A stretch of 56,440 nt of DNA, taken from Promethearchaeia archaeon. Lineage in GTDB: Archaea > Asgardarchaeota > Lokiarchaeia > Sigyniarchaeales > SOKP01. The DNA is taken from the NCBI GenBank assembly GCA_029856145.1, contig JAHQWK010000005.1:1-56440 (forward strand), written 5' to 3'. The notes under the pieces are model-generated. The model was not told where the DNA came from. It worked only from the letters and a program-made list of their open reading frames with translations, and did no database searches. Positions 39,278 to 48,735 of this stretch are shown here, one piece after another. Position numbers and translations under genes: made by a program. How positions within the stretch are numbered: position 1 is the first letter of the stretch; each line of letters begins with the position of its first letter.

Positions 39278-42142
39278 GTGTTAAAAATTTCTTATAATGA
39301 AAAAGAATTAGAAGTATTACGATTTTGGAAAAGAAATGAAATATTTGAAAAAAGCGTGGCGCAAAGACCAAAGAATAATCCTTATGTATTTTATGATGGA
39401 CCCCCATTTGCAACGGGATTACCTCAACACGGTAATATATTAAGTATTGTAACAAAAGATGTATTCCCGAGATATTGGACAATGAAAGGGCATCATTGTG
39501 AGAGGAGATGGGGTTGGGATTGCCATGGACTTCCTATAGAAAGTGTCTGTGAACAAGCTCTAAATTTGAAACAGAAGAAGGACATTTATGAGATGGGTGT
39601 AGGAGAATTCAATGAGTTTTGTCGATCAAAAGTGCTTTGGTACGCTAATGAATGGAAAAAAACCGTTGATCGAATGGGTAAGTGGATAGAATTTGATAAT
39701 TCGTATAAAACTATGGATAATACTTATATGGAAACCGTGTGGTATATTTTTAAGAAGATATATACTGAGGGTTTTATATATAAAGGTAAAAAAGTACTGT
39801 TTTACTGTCCAAGGTGTGAAACCCCACTCTCTAATTTTGAAATTTCTATGGATAATAGTTATAAGGACATTACTGAACAATCTATAACCGCAAAGTTCGA
39901 ATTAAAAGAAGAACCAAGGACATTTCTTCTAGCATGGACTACTACTCCTTGGACGTTGATCGGAAATGTGGCTCTAGCTGTTAATAGTAAGCAACCATAT
40001 GTTAAAATAAAGGTTGATGGTGAATATTTAATATTAATAAAAAACAAAATAGACACCATCAAAGAAGAATATGAAATAATTAAAGAATTTAAAGGAAAAG
40101 AATTGTTAAATAAAGAGTATGAGCCTTTATATCAAATTTCTACAAAGAGCGACAAAAAAGGGTATCTCGTTATTGATGGCGGTGATGAAGTTTTGTCCGA
40201 TGAAGGAACAGGAATTATACATATAGCGCTTTATGGGGAATTTGATTATGAAATGATAGATAAGTATGATCTTCCTGTAATTCAACATATTGATGAGCAT
40301 GGCGAGCTGGCTAATGGTCCTATAGATTGGATTGGAATGTGGTTTAAGGATGTAGATGAAGAGGTTTTGGAGGATCTACATCATCGGAATCTTTTATTCG
40401 ACTCAAAAGATTACACACATTCATATCCTTTCTGTTATAGATGTGATACTCCCTTAATTTATAATGCTCTTGATGCTTGGTTTATAGACATTCAGCATAT
40501 AAAACCAAGACTTTTAAAAACCAATAATAATATCAACTGGTATCCTAAAGAAATTTCTAAAAGATATCAAAAGATAATAGAAACTGCTCCTGATTGGTGT
40601 ATTTCAAGAAATCGGTTTTGGGCTACAGCAATGCCCATCTGGGAATGTGAAGAATGCAAGGAAATTAGAGTAATGGGATCAGTGAAAGAATTACAAGAAA
40701 ATGCGATTGAAGAAGTTCCTGATGATCTGGATCTACACAGACACATAGTTGATAAAATACATCTTAGATGTCCAAGTTGTGGTAAAGCAATGAATCGTAT
40801 ATCAGAGGTATTTGATTGTTGGTTGGAATCGGGGTCAATGCCATATGCAGCAAAACATTACCCTTTTGAAAATATTGAATGGTTTCAACACAATTTCCCG
40901 AGTGATTTTGTTTCGGAATATATTGGTCAGGTCAGAGCATGGTTTTACTATATGCATGTAATATCAATTCTGTTATTTGATGATATTCCTTTCAAAAATG
41001 TGGTTGTAAATGGTAATTTACTTGGCGAAGACGGAACAAAAATGTCAAAATCAAAAAGAAATTACCCTGATCCAAACCTGATAATAGAAAAATATGGAGC
41101 AGACGCTTTAAGGATTTATCTTTTATCGTCTCAGCTGATGAGGGCAAAAGATTTAAATTTTAAAGAGGAAATTGTGAAGCAAGTATATCGTAGATTTACT
41201 TTGTTATTAATCAATGTTCTAAAATTTTATTCATTGTTTGAAGTCGATGAATTGACTATGAATATAGCCGAATCAAGTAATATTTTAGATAAATGGATTG
41301 TCAGTTCATTAAACGTCCTGATTCAGGATGTCACCTTACAAATGGATGATTATAATACAGCAGAAGTCAGTAAATTATTATTCATCTTCATTGAAGATCT
41401 CTCAACATGGTATATTAAAAACAGTCGAAATCGATTTAAAAGTGAATATTTAAATGAAAAATTACCAGCAATGAATATATTATCATATATATTAAAAAAT
41501 TTATCAAAACTCTTAGCTCCCTTAACGCCATTTATTTCAGAGATGATATACCAAAAATTGAGAGAAAAAGGAATTGTAAACTTAGAATCCGTCCATTTAG
41601 AGTCTTGGCCTAGTTTTAATGAGAAATTTATTGATAGCGACGTTCGAAAAAACATGGAATTAACAAGGGAAGTAGTAAAAAGATCCTTAGAATTAAGAGA
41701 TAATTCTCAAATTCCAGTTAGGCAAGTTTTAAATAAGGTTAAATTAAACGGAGTAAACCTTGATAATGAATATTTAGAAATAATCGCAGAGGCTATAAAT
41801 GTGAGAAAAGTAATCATTGATAAAAGAGATTTTTCGGAAATTTTAATAGAATTAGATACCGAAATTACGCCAACGTTGAGGTTAGAAGGAATCGCCAGAA
41901 ACTTAATTAGACACTTGAATAATTATAGAAAAAAATTGAATTTATCAACAAAAAATCGAATAAATTTATATATAAAAATAGTTGATAAAGAAATTTCAGA
42001 AGCTTTTGAAAAGCATGAAGAAAGAATTAAGAAAATGATCCAAGCTGATATAATCATTCAGAATTTAGAAGGAAAACAAGATATAAAGAAATTCAAAATT
42101 GAAAATAAAGTCGTTGAGGCATGTATTGAGGTAAGCAATTGA
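39278..42142 (+). CDS. ileS: Isoleucine--tRNA ligase (type 2, archaeal/eukaryotic-like)
   Basis: DGPPFATGLP, GWDCHGLPIE, WTTTPWTL, WCISRNRFW, KMSKSKRNY, YGADALR. Confidence 0.95.
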   Translation: MLKISYNEKELEVLRFWKRNEIFEKSVAQRPKNNPYVFYDGPPFATGLPQHGNILSIVTKDVFPRYWTMKGHHCERRWGWDCHGLPIESVCEQALNLKQKKDIYEMGVGEFNEFCRSKVLWYANEWKKTVDRMGKWIEFDNSYKTMDNTYMETVWYIFKKIYTEGFIYKGKKVLFYCPRCETPLSNFEISMDNSYKDITEQSITAKFELKEEPRTFLLAWTTTPWTLIGNVALAVNSKQPYVKIKVDGEYLILIKNKIDTIKEEYEIIKEFKGKELLNKEYEPLYQISTKSDKKGYLVIDGGDEVLSDEGTGIIHIALYGEFDYEMIDKYDLPVIQHIDEHGELANGPIDWIGMWFKDVDEEVLEDLHHRNLLFDSKDYTHSYPFCYRCDTPLIYNALDAWFIDIQHIKPRLLKTNNNINWYPKEISKRYQKIIETAPDWCISRNRFWATAMPIWECEECKEIRVMGSVKELQENAIEEVPDDLDLHRHIVDKIHLRCPSCGKAMNRISEVFDCWLESGSMPYAAKHYPFENIEWFQHNFPSDFVSEYIGQVRAWFYYMHVISILLFDDIPFKNVVVNGNLLGEDGTKMSKSKRNYPDPNLIIEKYGADALRIYLLSSQLMRAKDLNFKEEIVKQVYRRFTLLLINVLKFYSLFEVDELTMNIAESSNILDKWIVSSLNVLIQDVTLQMDDYNTAEVSKLLFIFIEDLSTWYIKNSRNRFKSEYLNEKLPAMNILSYILKNLSKLLAPLTPFISEMIYQKLREKGIVNLESVHLESWPSFNEKFIDSDVRKNMELTREVVKRSLELRDNSQIPVRQVLNKVKLNGVNLDNEYLEIIAEAINVRKVIIDKRDFSEILIELDTEITPTLRLEGIARNLIRHLNNYRKKLNLSTKNRINLYIKIVDKEISEAFEKHEERIKKMIQADIIIQNLEGKQDIKKFKIENKVVEACIEVSN

Positions 42143-42219
42143 CTTAAAATTATAAAAGAGGAAGATAGATCTTAAAATCTTCCGTAAAATTCTTATTTTT
42201 ACTTAGTCTTTATTATTTT

Positions 42220-43653
42220 ATGCTTAAAATCTATAATACCATGACTCGACAAAAGGAAGTTTTTAAACCTATAGAAGAAGGTCGAGTTAGAATTTATACT
42301 TGTGGGCAGACTGTATATGATGATGTGCACATCGGTAATGCAAGAACTTATAGTTCATGGGATGTAGTTATTAGATACTTACGATACAAGGGTCATGATG
42401 TATTCCACGTTCAAAACTTCACTGATGTGGGTCATTTAACTGATGATGAAGATCAAGGTGAAGATAAAATTGAGAAAAGAGCAAGAGAACAAAAGATAAA
42501 TCCTTGGGAATTAATCGATAAACAAATTCAAGAGTATTGGCAAGTAATTGATGATTTAAACATTCATAGACCAAATATATCTCCTAGAGCAACAACTCTT
42601 ATTCCTGATATGATTGAAATTATTCAAATTTTGTTAGAAAAAGGTTATGCTTATGAAGTAAAAGGCAATGTTTATTATGACACTACGAAATTTAAAGATT
42701 ATGGGAAACTTGCGAGATTAAAACTTGATGAAGAGAAAGCACAAGCACGTGTAGCTCAAGATCCATTGAAAAAGAATTACTTTGATTTCGCATTATGGTT
42801 AAACGCACGAAAGGGGGATCAAATCCATACTATGCGTTGGAACTCTCCTTGGGGTGAAGGATATCCTGGATGGCATCTTGAATGCTCGGTAATGGGTATG
42901 AAATATTTAGGAGATACCTTAGATATTCATTGCGGGGGAATTGATCACATTCCTACTCATCATCCCAATGAAATTGCCCAATCCGAAGCAGCTACTGGAA
43001 AAAAGTTTGTAAATTACTGGATGCATGCTGAATTTATCACTTTAAATGGCAAAAAAATGAGTAAAAGCCTTGGAAACTACGTTACAGCCCGTGAGCTAAT
43101 TGATGAATATAGTGGACTTGTTGTGAGAATGGGGCTCGTCTCTGGACACTATCGATCTGCGGTGGATTGGAATCCACAAGTTATTGAAAACGCAAAAAAT
43201 AATATTGAAAAAATAAGAAATTGTTTAAATGCTATTGAAAATTCAAGTGGTGGAAGTGAGAATACCCTTGAAGAAGCAATAGAAAATGTTAGAAAAGATT
43301 TTGAGGAATCCATGGATGATGATTTCAATAATCCAAAAGCCCTTGCCGCTATTTATGAATTTATTAAAAAGATTAATAGTTCCCTAGACAACAAAAAGGA
43401 AATTCTTATTAAAGCAAGGGAAACGTTACTTGAACTTCTCGGCATCTTTGGTCTTGACTTCATCAAAAAAGAAGAAGGAATTGATATTAAATTAAATAAA
43501 TTAATGGATATTATCATAAATATTCGGGATAAGGCAAGGAAAGCTAAAAATTACGAAATTAGTGATGAGATAAGAGATAAATTAAAGGAAGCAGGAATCC
43601 AACTTGAAGATACCCCAGATGGCCCTCGTTATAGTCTCTTTTTCAAAAAGTAG
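42220..43653 (+). CDS. cysS: Cysteine--tRNA ligase
   Basis: CGQTVYD..HIGNAR, PGWHLECS, HH.NEIAQSE, KMSKSLGN. Confidence 0.97.
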   Translation: MLKIYNTMTRQKEVFKPIEEGRVRIYTCGQTVYDDVHIGNARTYSSWDVVIRYLRYKGHDVFHVQNFTDVGHLTDDEDQGEDKIEKRAREQKINPWELIDKQIQEYWQVIDDLNIHRPNISPRATTLIPDMIEIIQILLEKGYAYEVKGNVYYDTTKFKDYGKLARLKLDEEKAQARVAQDPLKKNYFDFALWLNARKGDQIHTMRWNSPWGEGYPGWHLECSVMGMKYLGDTLDIHCGGIDHIPTHHPNEIAQSEAATGKKFVNYWMHAEFITLNGKKMSKSLGNYVTARELIDEYSGLVVRMGLVSGHYRSAVDWNPQVIENAKNNIEKIRNCLNAIENSSGGSENTLEEAIENVRKDFEESMDDDFNNPKALAAIYEFIKKINSSLDNKKEILIKARETLLELLGIFGLDFIKKEEGIDIKLNKLMDIIINIRDKARKAKNYEISDEIRDKLKEAGIQLEDTPDGPRYSLFFKK

Positions 43654-43695
43654 TTTAAATCTAACCCTTAAGAAGAATAATAAAAAAAAATAGAA

Positions 43696-44127
43696 TTAGA
43701 TAGTAGTTAAAACTTCCCATTTTTTATATAGAGCAGGATCTCCGCCATCCTCGATATAATCAACATATTTTTTTAATCCTGTTAAAATTGTGTCTGCTGT
43801 ATTTTTATATAATTTTGAGAGCTTCTTGTCATCAAATTCGGTCCGAATTTCCACTTCTGTTTTATTCGCTCTAGGAGTCAAAATATACCCAATTGAATTC
43901 ATATCACTTTTCTCCGTATACCATGTAGCACTTTTATTTTCATCAGTTTCAGTTTTGATAATTGTAATTCCTCCAACATCTGTTTCCAATTGGATTTTAT
44001 CATCATCTAATGGAGTTACTGCAGTTACACTAGGATTCCATTTTGGTGTATTCAAACCATCTATTAAAATCTTATAAATATTTTCGGGTGTAGATTCAAT
44101 TTTGATTTTTCTTTCCAATTTTGGCAA
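43696..44127 (-). CDS. SRPBCC (START/Bet v1-like) family protein
   Basis: I.I...PE.IY.IL.D....PKWNP N-terminus and C-terminal helix L.GLKKYV. Confidence 0.8.
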   Translation of the reverse strand: MPKLERKIKIESTPENIYKILIDGLNTPKWNPSVTAVTPLDDDKIQLETDVGGITIIKTETDENKSATWYTEKSDMNSIGYILTPRANKTEVEIRTEFDDKKLSKLYKNTADTILTGLKKYVDYIEDGGDPALYKKWEVLTTI

Positions 44128-44321
44128 AAAATCACCATAGTTTTAAATGCACATAATTATATGATATTTACTTTTATATAGATTTGTGTGATTTTTAAAT
44201 GCTGAATTATTTGTAAATAAGAATAATAATGCCAAAATCTATTATCTCAACATTATTGACTATTCCACGTTTGAAAAAAACTAAAAAAAATAAGAAATAA
44301 AATTAAATGATAAAAAAAAGA

Positions 44322-46052
44322 TTATTGGAATGTTTTTAGTAGTTCCTCGATTTCTGCTTGGATTGCTTCCGGCTTCTTCGCTGTTTGGCCTGCTATGGCG
44401 AGCTGTCTTTCTATAATAGGTCTATGAAGTGTGTTCATAGCGCAAAATGGGATTTCGCGAACTTTAGAGGGATCATCTGGGTCTATAACACCATAATGAA
44501 CAAGACATCTGCATACTCTTTCAAGATCAAAGTTGTAGCTGTCTTGGAAATGCATTGAGCTGATCATTAGGTTTCGGTCGTTAAAGAATTGTCCAGCAGA
44601 TTTTAAGTTTGGAGCCATTACTAAACGAGCAAATGCTTGATATGTTTTACTAGTAAGAATTTTTTGTGGACTTTTAATATATCTTGCTGCTCCAGCAAAG
44701 AAATATGCCTTCATAACTTGCCGATAACCTAAACTGGTTATATCATCAACAAAGTTTCCAATTTTGGAAGCGATCTGTCCAAAGTCATCTAGGTTGATAC
44801 CTTTCAATAATCCAGTAGGTTTTGGAACTTCTTGTTTCTCAACCATATCCCAAACTTGATTAGACCATCGAATCAATCCTTCAGCGTCAAAAAAGTTTTC
44901 GATGGGTTCCCACTCATCCTTATCATTAATTACACATATGGTAGCGAAGCCACAATCGCTATGACTCGTCATACTGAAGGGTGGCATATCGTCAAACCAA
45001 GCTAGCAATTTTGTAAACTTCGCTGTGAATGCAATAGGGTAAAACTTGGTTACTGAACCATTTGTATATTTATTAATTGCATCTTTTAAATCAGAAGTTG
45101 TATATCTAATATCCATTAATTCTTCAAAACTTATACGTCCGGTTAATGAAACTGGTTGGAATATAACGCCTGATACAACATCACAATTATTTTTTGCAAA
45201 ATCCAAAATCTTTCCAATTTCATGATCATTTACGCCTTTAGCGATTACTGGGACTAACATAACACCATAAAATCCAAGCTTTCGAGCATTTTCAATGACT
45301 CTCTTTTTAAGAGGCCATAAGTTAACTCCTCTGATCTTTTTCCATACTTCAGGATTATCTGTTGCATCAAATTGCAGATACAACGCATCCATTCCAGCAT
45401 CTATGCATTTTTTCGTAAATTCTAGTGATTTCCCAAATCGAACACCATTGGTGGTTACCATAACTTCTGTAAAACCCAATTCATGTCCTTTACGAATAAT
45501 TTCTGGGAGATCGTCTCTAACTGTAGGTTCTCCTCCAGATAGCTGGAGTAAAACCGCTGGAATAGGTTTCATTGATCTGAAATGTTCCATAATTCGGACG
45601 AGTTCTTCGAATGTAGGTTCTACAACGTAACCTGCCGCGCTGGCATTCGCAAAGCATATTGGGCAGGTTAAATTACACCTATTGGTAATATCTATTAAAC
45701 ATATGTTCGGAGCACTTTTATGGTTTGCACAAAGACCACAATCATATGGGCATCCTTTGTTTATTTCTTTAATTCCAGAGGATGTGTATTCAGGTTGAGT
45801 AGAATTATTAACAGTAGAACCAATATCGTTCGTAATATTCTGTTGCCATTTATATTCTTCTGGATTAATAGATAGTTTATCTTTGAATTCTCCATGTTCC
45901 TTACAAGTTTTTCGCATCATTACCCAGTTTGTTTCGGGGTCTACGTAAATTTCTGCTGAAACATGATGCATACATTCTGGACAAATGCTTATAGTAGTTC
46001 GAATAATTTCGACTTCATCCTTTTGATCAGATTGAGTCTCTAACTCTGTCAT
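44322..46052 (-). CDS. tes: Radical SAM tetraether lipid synthase (Tes/GDGT-MAS, MJ0619 family)
   Basis: N-terminal CPEC...C.EHG, GCPYDCGLC..H, TNRCNLTCPICFA, SGGEPTVR, C-terminal MHFQD.YNFDLERV.RC.VHY...IPFC. Confidence 0.88.
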   Translation of the reverse strand: MTELETQSDQKDEVEIIRTTISICPECMHHVSAEIYVDPETNWVMMRKTCKEHGEFKDKLSINPEEYKWQQNITNDIGSTVNNSTQPEYTSSGIKEINKGCPYDCGLCANHKSAPNICLIDITNRCNLTCPICFANASAAGYVVEPTFEELVRIMEHFRSMKPIPAVLLQLSGGEPTVRDDLPEIIRKGHELGFTEVMVTTNGVRFGKSLEFTKKCIDAGMDALYLQFDATDNPEVWKKIRGVNLWPLKKRVIENARKLGFYGVMLVPVIAKGVNDHEIGKILDFAKNNCDVVSGVIFQPVSLTGRISFEELMDIRYTTSDLKDAINKYTNGSVTKFYPIAFTAKFTKLLAWFDDMPPFSMTSHSDCGFATICVINDKDEWEPIENFFDAEGLIRWSNQVWDMVEKQEVPKPTGLLKGINLDDFGQIASKIGNFVDDITSLGYRQVMKAYFFAGAARYIKSPQKILTSKTYQAFARLVMAPNLKSAGQFFNDRNLMISSMHFQDSYNFDLERVCRCLVHYGVIDPDDPSKVREIPFCAMNTLHRPIIERQLAIAGQTAKKPEAIQAEIEELLKTFQ

Positions 46053-46425
46053 AAGAATCTATTCTCTGTTATTATTTGTTTAAAATAGTGTTTTAATAAA
46101 TAGTTATTCTATTAATTAAACTTTTAAATCATTTAAATCTTTTAATAATCTCTATACTATTATCGATATTATTAAAAAAGATTAACAATCTTAATAAAAT
46201 TGGAAATTGTGTGTCATATTTTAGTCTTCTTAAATTGAAATTATAATAGTTAACTTTAAATTTTAAATTTTAATAAGAATTGCGAACAGATTTTTCATTG
46301 TCTTTTCAAAATCTTCAATAATTACTAAAAGTTTTGTTTTTGCTCCTCTTTAATCATTATTAGAAATTCCGATCTCTTAAAAGTTTAAGATCTTCATGGA
46401 AGTTATACGATTAGAAATGATTAAG

Positions 46426-46549
46426 GGTGACTCCTGTCCTACGAGACGCAAATACGCGTCAAAACAAAATAGGGGGAGGAGGGCGAAATCAGAGTGTAAG
46501 AATTTACACTACCAAAAGACAAAAATCCAGGGTGTAGGCAGGAGTCATT
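46426..46549 (+). ncRNA. Putative structured non-coding RNA (unassigned family)
   Basis: Terminal stem TGACTCCTG(T)CCTAC 46428-46442 / GTAGGCAGGAGTCA 46534-46547, two internal hairpins, GC-rich within AT-rich intergenic DNA, followed by a T-tract. Strand inferred from G-U extensions and the T-tract. Confidence 0.55.
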
Positions 46550-46804
46550 ATTTTTTGATTTCTATTAATTTACTTTAGTTATTTCCTATTTTGTTTGTTT
46601 TGAATTTAATTTTATTTTAGATTTTAATAAAATTGTGTTTTTTTATTGATAGATTGCTTTCAAATTTTTATCCTAAATTTATTATATCATTAAGAGTTTA
46701 TAAATTAAATCATTATAGTTCCTATGGCAATTTTAGTTTAAAAAAGAAATAGGATTAATAAAAGGATTAATTTAATCAATGGACATAAAAATCTTAGTAT
46801 AATC

Positions 46805-47191
46805 ATGTCAAATAAAAGTGAAGAACAAACTGTAGGAAGACCAGAACCAAAATTTAAGATTGATTTTGTGACAATAATATGGATAATTGTTGGTTTTATT
46901 GTATCTTGGGTAAATATGTTGATTATTTCAGAGTCGATGGAGATTTGGTCGTACTTAACAATAATTTTTACAACGATAATACCTACAGTAATTATTGGTT
47001 TAAAGAACCGATATTGGGGGTACGGTTATTTGTTTGGGTTTGCTATTGCAGGAATTCCGTTCTTGTTCATAGTTGAACTTTTTATAGGGGGTTATACATT
47101 TGCAACATCTTTGTTTATTTTCATTATATTATGGTTAATCTTCTGGAAAGCTTGGAGGTCTCTATCTTCAATTAAGCAACTAAATAAATAA
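46805..47191 (+). CDS. Small membrane protein (about 4 TM)
   Basis: 128-aa hydrophobic ORF. Confidence 0.8.
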   Translation: MSNKSEEQTVGRPEPKFKIDFVTIIWIIVGFIVSWVNMLIISESMEIWSYLTIIFTTIIPTVIIGLKNRYWGYGYLFGFAIAGIPFLFIVELFIGGYTFATSLFIFIILWLIFWKAWRSLSSIKQLNK

Positions 47192-47223
47192 AAAAGACCA
47201 AAAAATAACATTTAATGATTGAA

Positions 47224-47430
47224 TTACATTAAAACTAAATATTTACATTTTATGCAGAGTTTTCCTTCTTTTTTTGCTTTTTCAGCGCATTCTAGGCAAT
47301 ATTTTGTTTTACACGCGGGACATGTATAAATTTCTCCTTTAATATCCCCTTTATGAAAAAGACAAAATCTTTCATTGAAAGTAACCGAAGGGGGCAATAT
47401 TGGGGGAGGAGGTACTTTTTTATCACTCAT
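47224..47430 (-). CDS. Small RING-like zinc-finger protein with Pro-rich N-terminus
   Basis: PPPPILPP, then C..H...CPAC...CLEC...CIKC (8 ligands); GTGA SD-like sequence upstream. Confidence 0.75.
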   Translation of the reverse strand: MSDKKVPPPPILPPSVTFNERFCLFHKGDIKGEIYTCPACKTKYCLECAEKAKKEGKLCIKCKYLVLM

Positions 47431-47528
47431 TAAATCACATTACATAATAGTCTCTTAAATAGAATTAATTAAGTCTTATTAAGATATTAAAAAAAATTAT
47501 AAATTACACTGTAATTTAAGCTAATTTA

Positions 47529-47996
47529 CTAAAGTGTAGGAATATCTTCAATCATTACACTAATAACATTAGCAACAGACATAAACTTATCTTTAATAGT
47601 ATCGACTGTTAATTCCCCTGCATCAACCATATCTCCAATAAGATACGTCTCATAGAAGCATTTTTCCATTTCATAGCATAATCCCGTTGTATGTAGTATT
47701 TCGTTGCTTAAATTCATATCATTCAATACATTAGAGATTCCCTTGACGAGATCTGGCGAAAATTCTTTGAGTTTTACAAGGATTTTTTTAATATTTTTAT
47801 TTTTTGTGGGAAAACAGCTTATTTTGACAACATCTTCGCGAGAAATAAAAATTAATAAATAATAGGGTGAATTTAATATTTCTTCCTTAATTTCAGAAGG
47901 AAAAATAGGGTTTTTACTAAGTTCTTCATTGTTTATAATAAGACCTAAAGAAATTTTATTTTTTTCAGTGCTATTGTCTGTTTCCATAATAATCAA
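47529..47996 (-). CDS. Hypothetical protein (possible ACT-like C-terminal domain)
   Basis: Beta-alpha-beta-beta-alpha-beta pattern, PDLVKGISNVL...ILHTTGLC. Confidence 0.65.
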   Translation of the reverse strand: MIIMETDNSTEKNKISLGLIINNEELSKNPIFPSEIKEEILNSPYYLLIFISREDVVKISCFPTKNKNIKKILVKLKEFSPDLVKGISNVLNDMNLSNEILHTTGLCYEMEKCFYETYLIGDMVDAGELTVDTIKDKFMSVANVISVMIEDIPTL

Positions 47997-48233
47997 AAAC
48001 CTAAAGATAATTAAAAGTTATATTTGCGTAAGCATATATAAAGTTTTTTTATTTTTAATTTTTTACACGATTTATATAGGTTGGTTTTGTTATATTTTTC
48101 TTCAATTAAAAGCTTATGAATCTTCAATACTTAGAACTCTGGTATTACTAAGATAATATTTGTATTTTATATCTAAATCGAATTTTCATTATTTAATATC
48201 TCCAATAAATAAGAATTAATTGCAGCTTTAATA

Positions 48234-48731
48234 ATGGAATTCCAAAATAATTTTAATCAAAATGGAAATAACTTTGGATTTAAGCTTGATAAGTTTACTT
48301 CTCAAGAGTGTAGGTTTCATGCGTTATATTTTATTGATTATGAGACTGGTGCTTTACTTGTAAGCAACCGATATACGGATAATTTAAATTTTTTAAAGGA
48401 TGACTTAATCTGTAGCTTTTTAAATGCAATTAATTTATTCATTAATGAGATCAATGAAGGTGCCAATGAAGAACTTCAAGAAATTAATTTTAAAGGTACA
48501 AGAATTTTATATGAGAGAGAAGGAAGGCTCTTAGCTATAGCGATTACTAAAAAGACCAATTTACAAATGGAAAGAGGAATTCTAAGAGAAATTGTCGAAG
48601 ATTTTTATATCCGATTTAAGCATCACATTAATAATTTTAATGGAGAAGTATATCCCGCGATACTTGATTATAAAAAAAGATTGAAAAGTATGAATTTGAA
48701 CTCATTATTTAAATTGAATATTCATATTTAG
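48234..48731 (+). CDS. Longin-like domain protein
   Basis: LYFIDYETGALL, DDLICSFLNAINLFINEI, LQEINFKGTRILYE, LREIVEDFY..F. Confidence 0.75.
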   Translation: MEFQNNFNQNGNNFGFKLDKFTSQECRFHALYFIDYETGALLVSNRYTDNLNFLKDDLICSFLNAINLFINEINEGANEELQEINFKGTRILYEREGRLLAIAITKKTNLQMERGILREIVEDFYIRFKHHINNFNGEVYPAILDYKKRLKSMNLNSLFKLNIHI

Positions 48732-48735
48732 TCCA

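Noticed and set aside
46426-46549. 5S rRNA, tRNA(Sec), SRP RNA, RNase P RNA or SECIS identity
   Set aside because: No cloverleaf or TTCG T-loop, no 5S CGAAC/loop E motifs, no SRP helix 8 or RNase P GAGGAAAGUCC, and no upstream selenoprotein.
46396-46578. 60-aa ORF over the GC-rich element
   Set aside because: No recognisable protein features; the base-pairing pattern explains the composition better.
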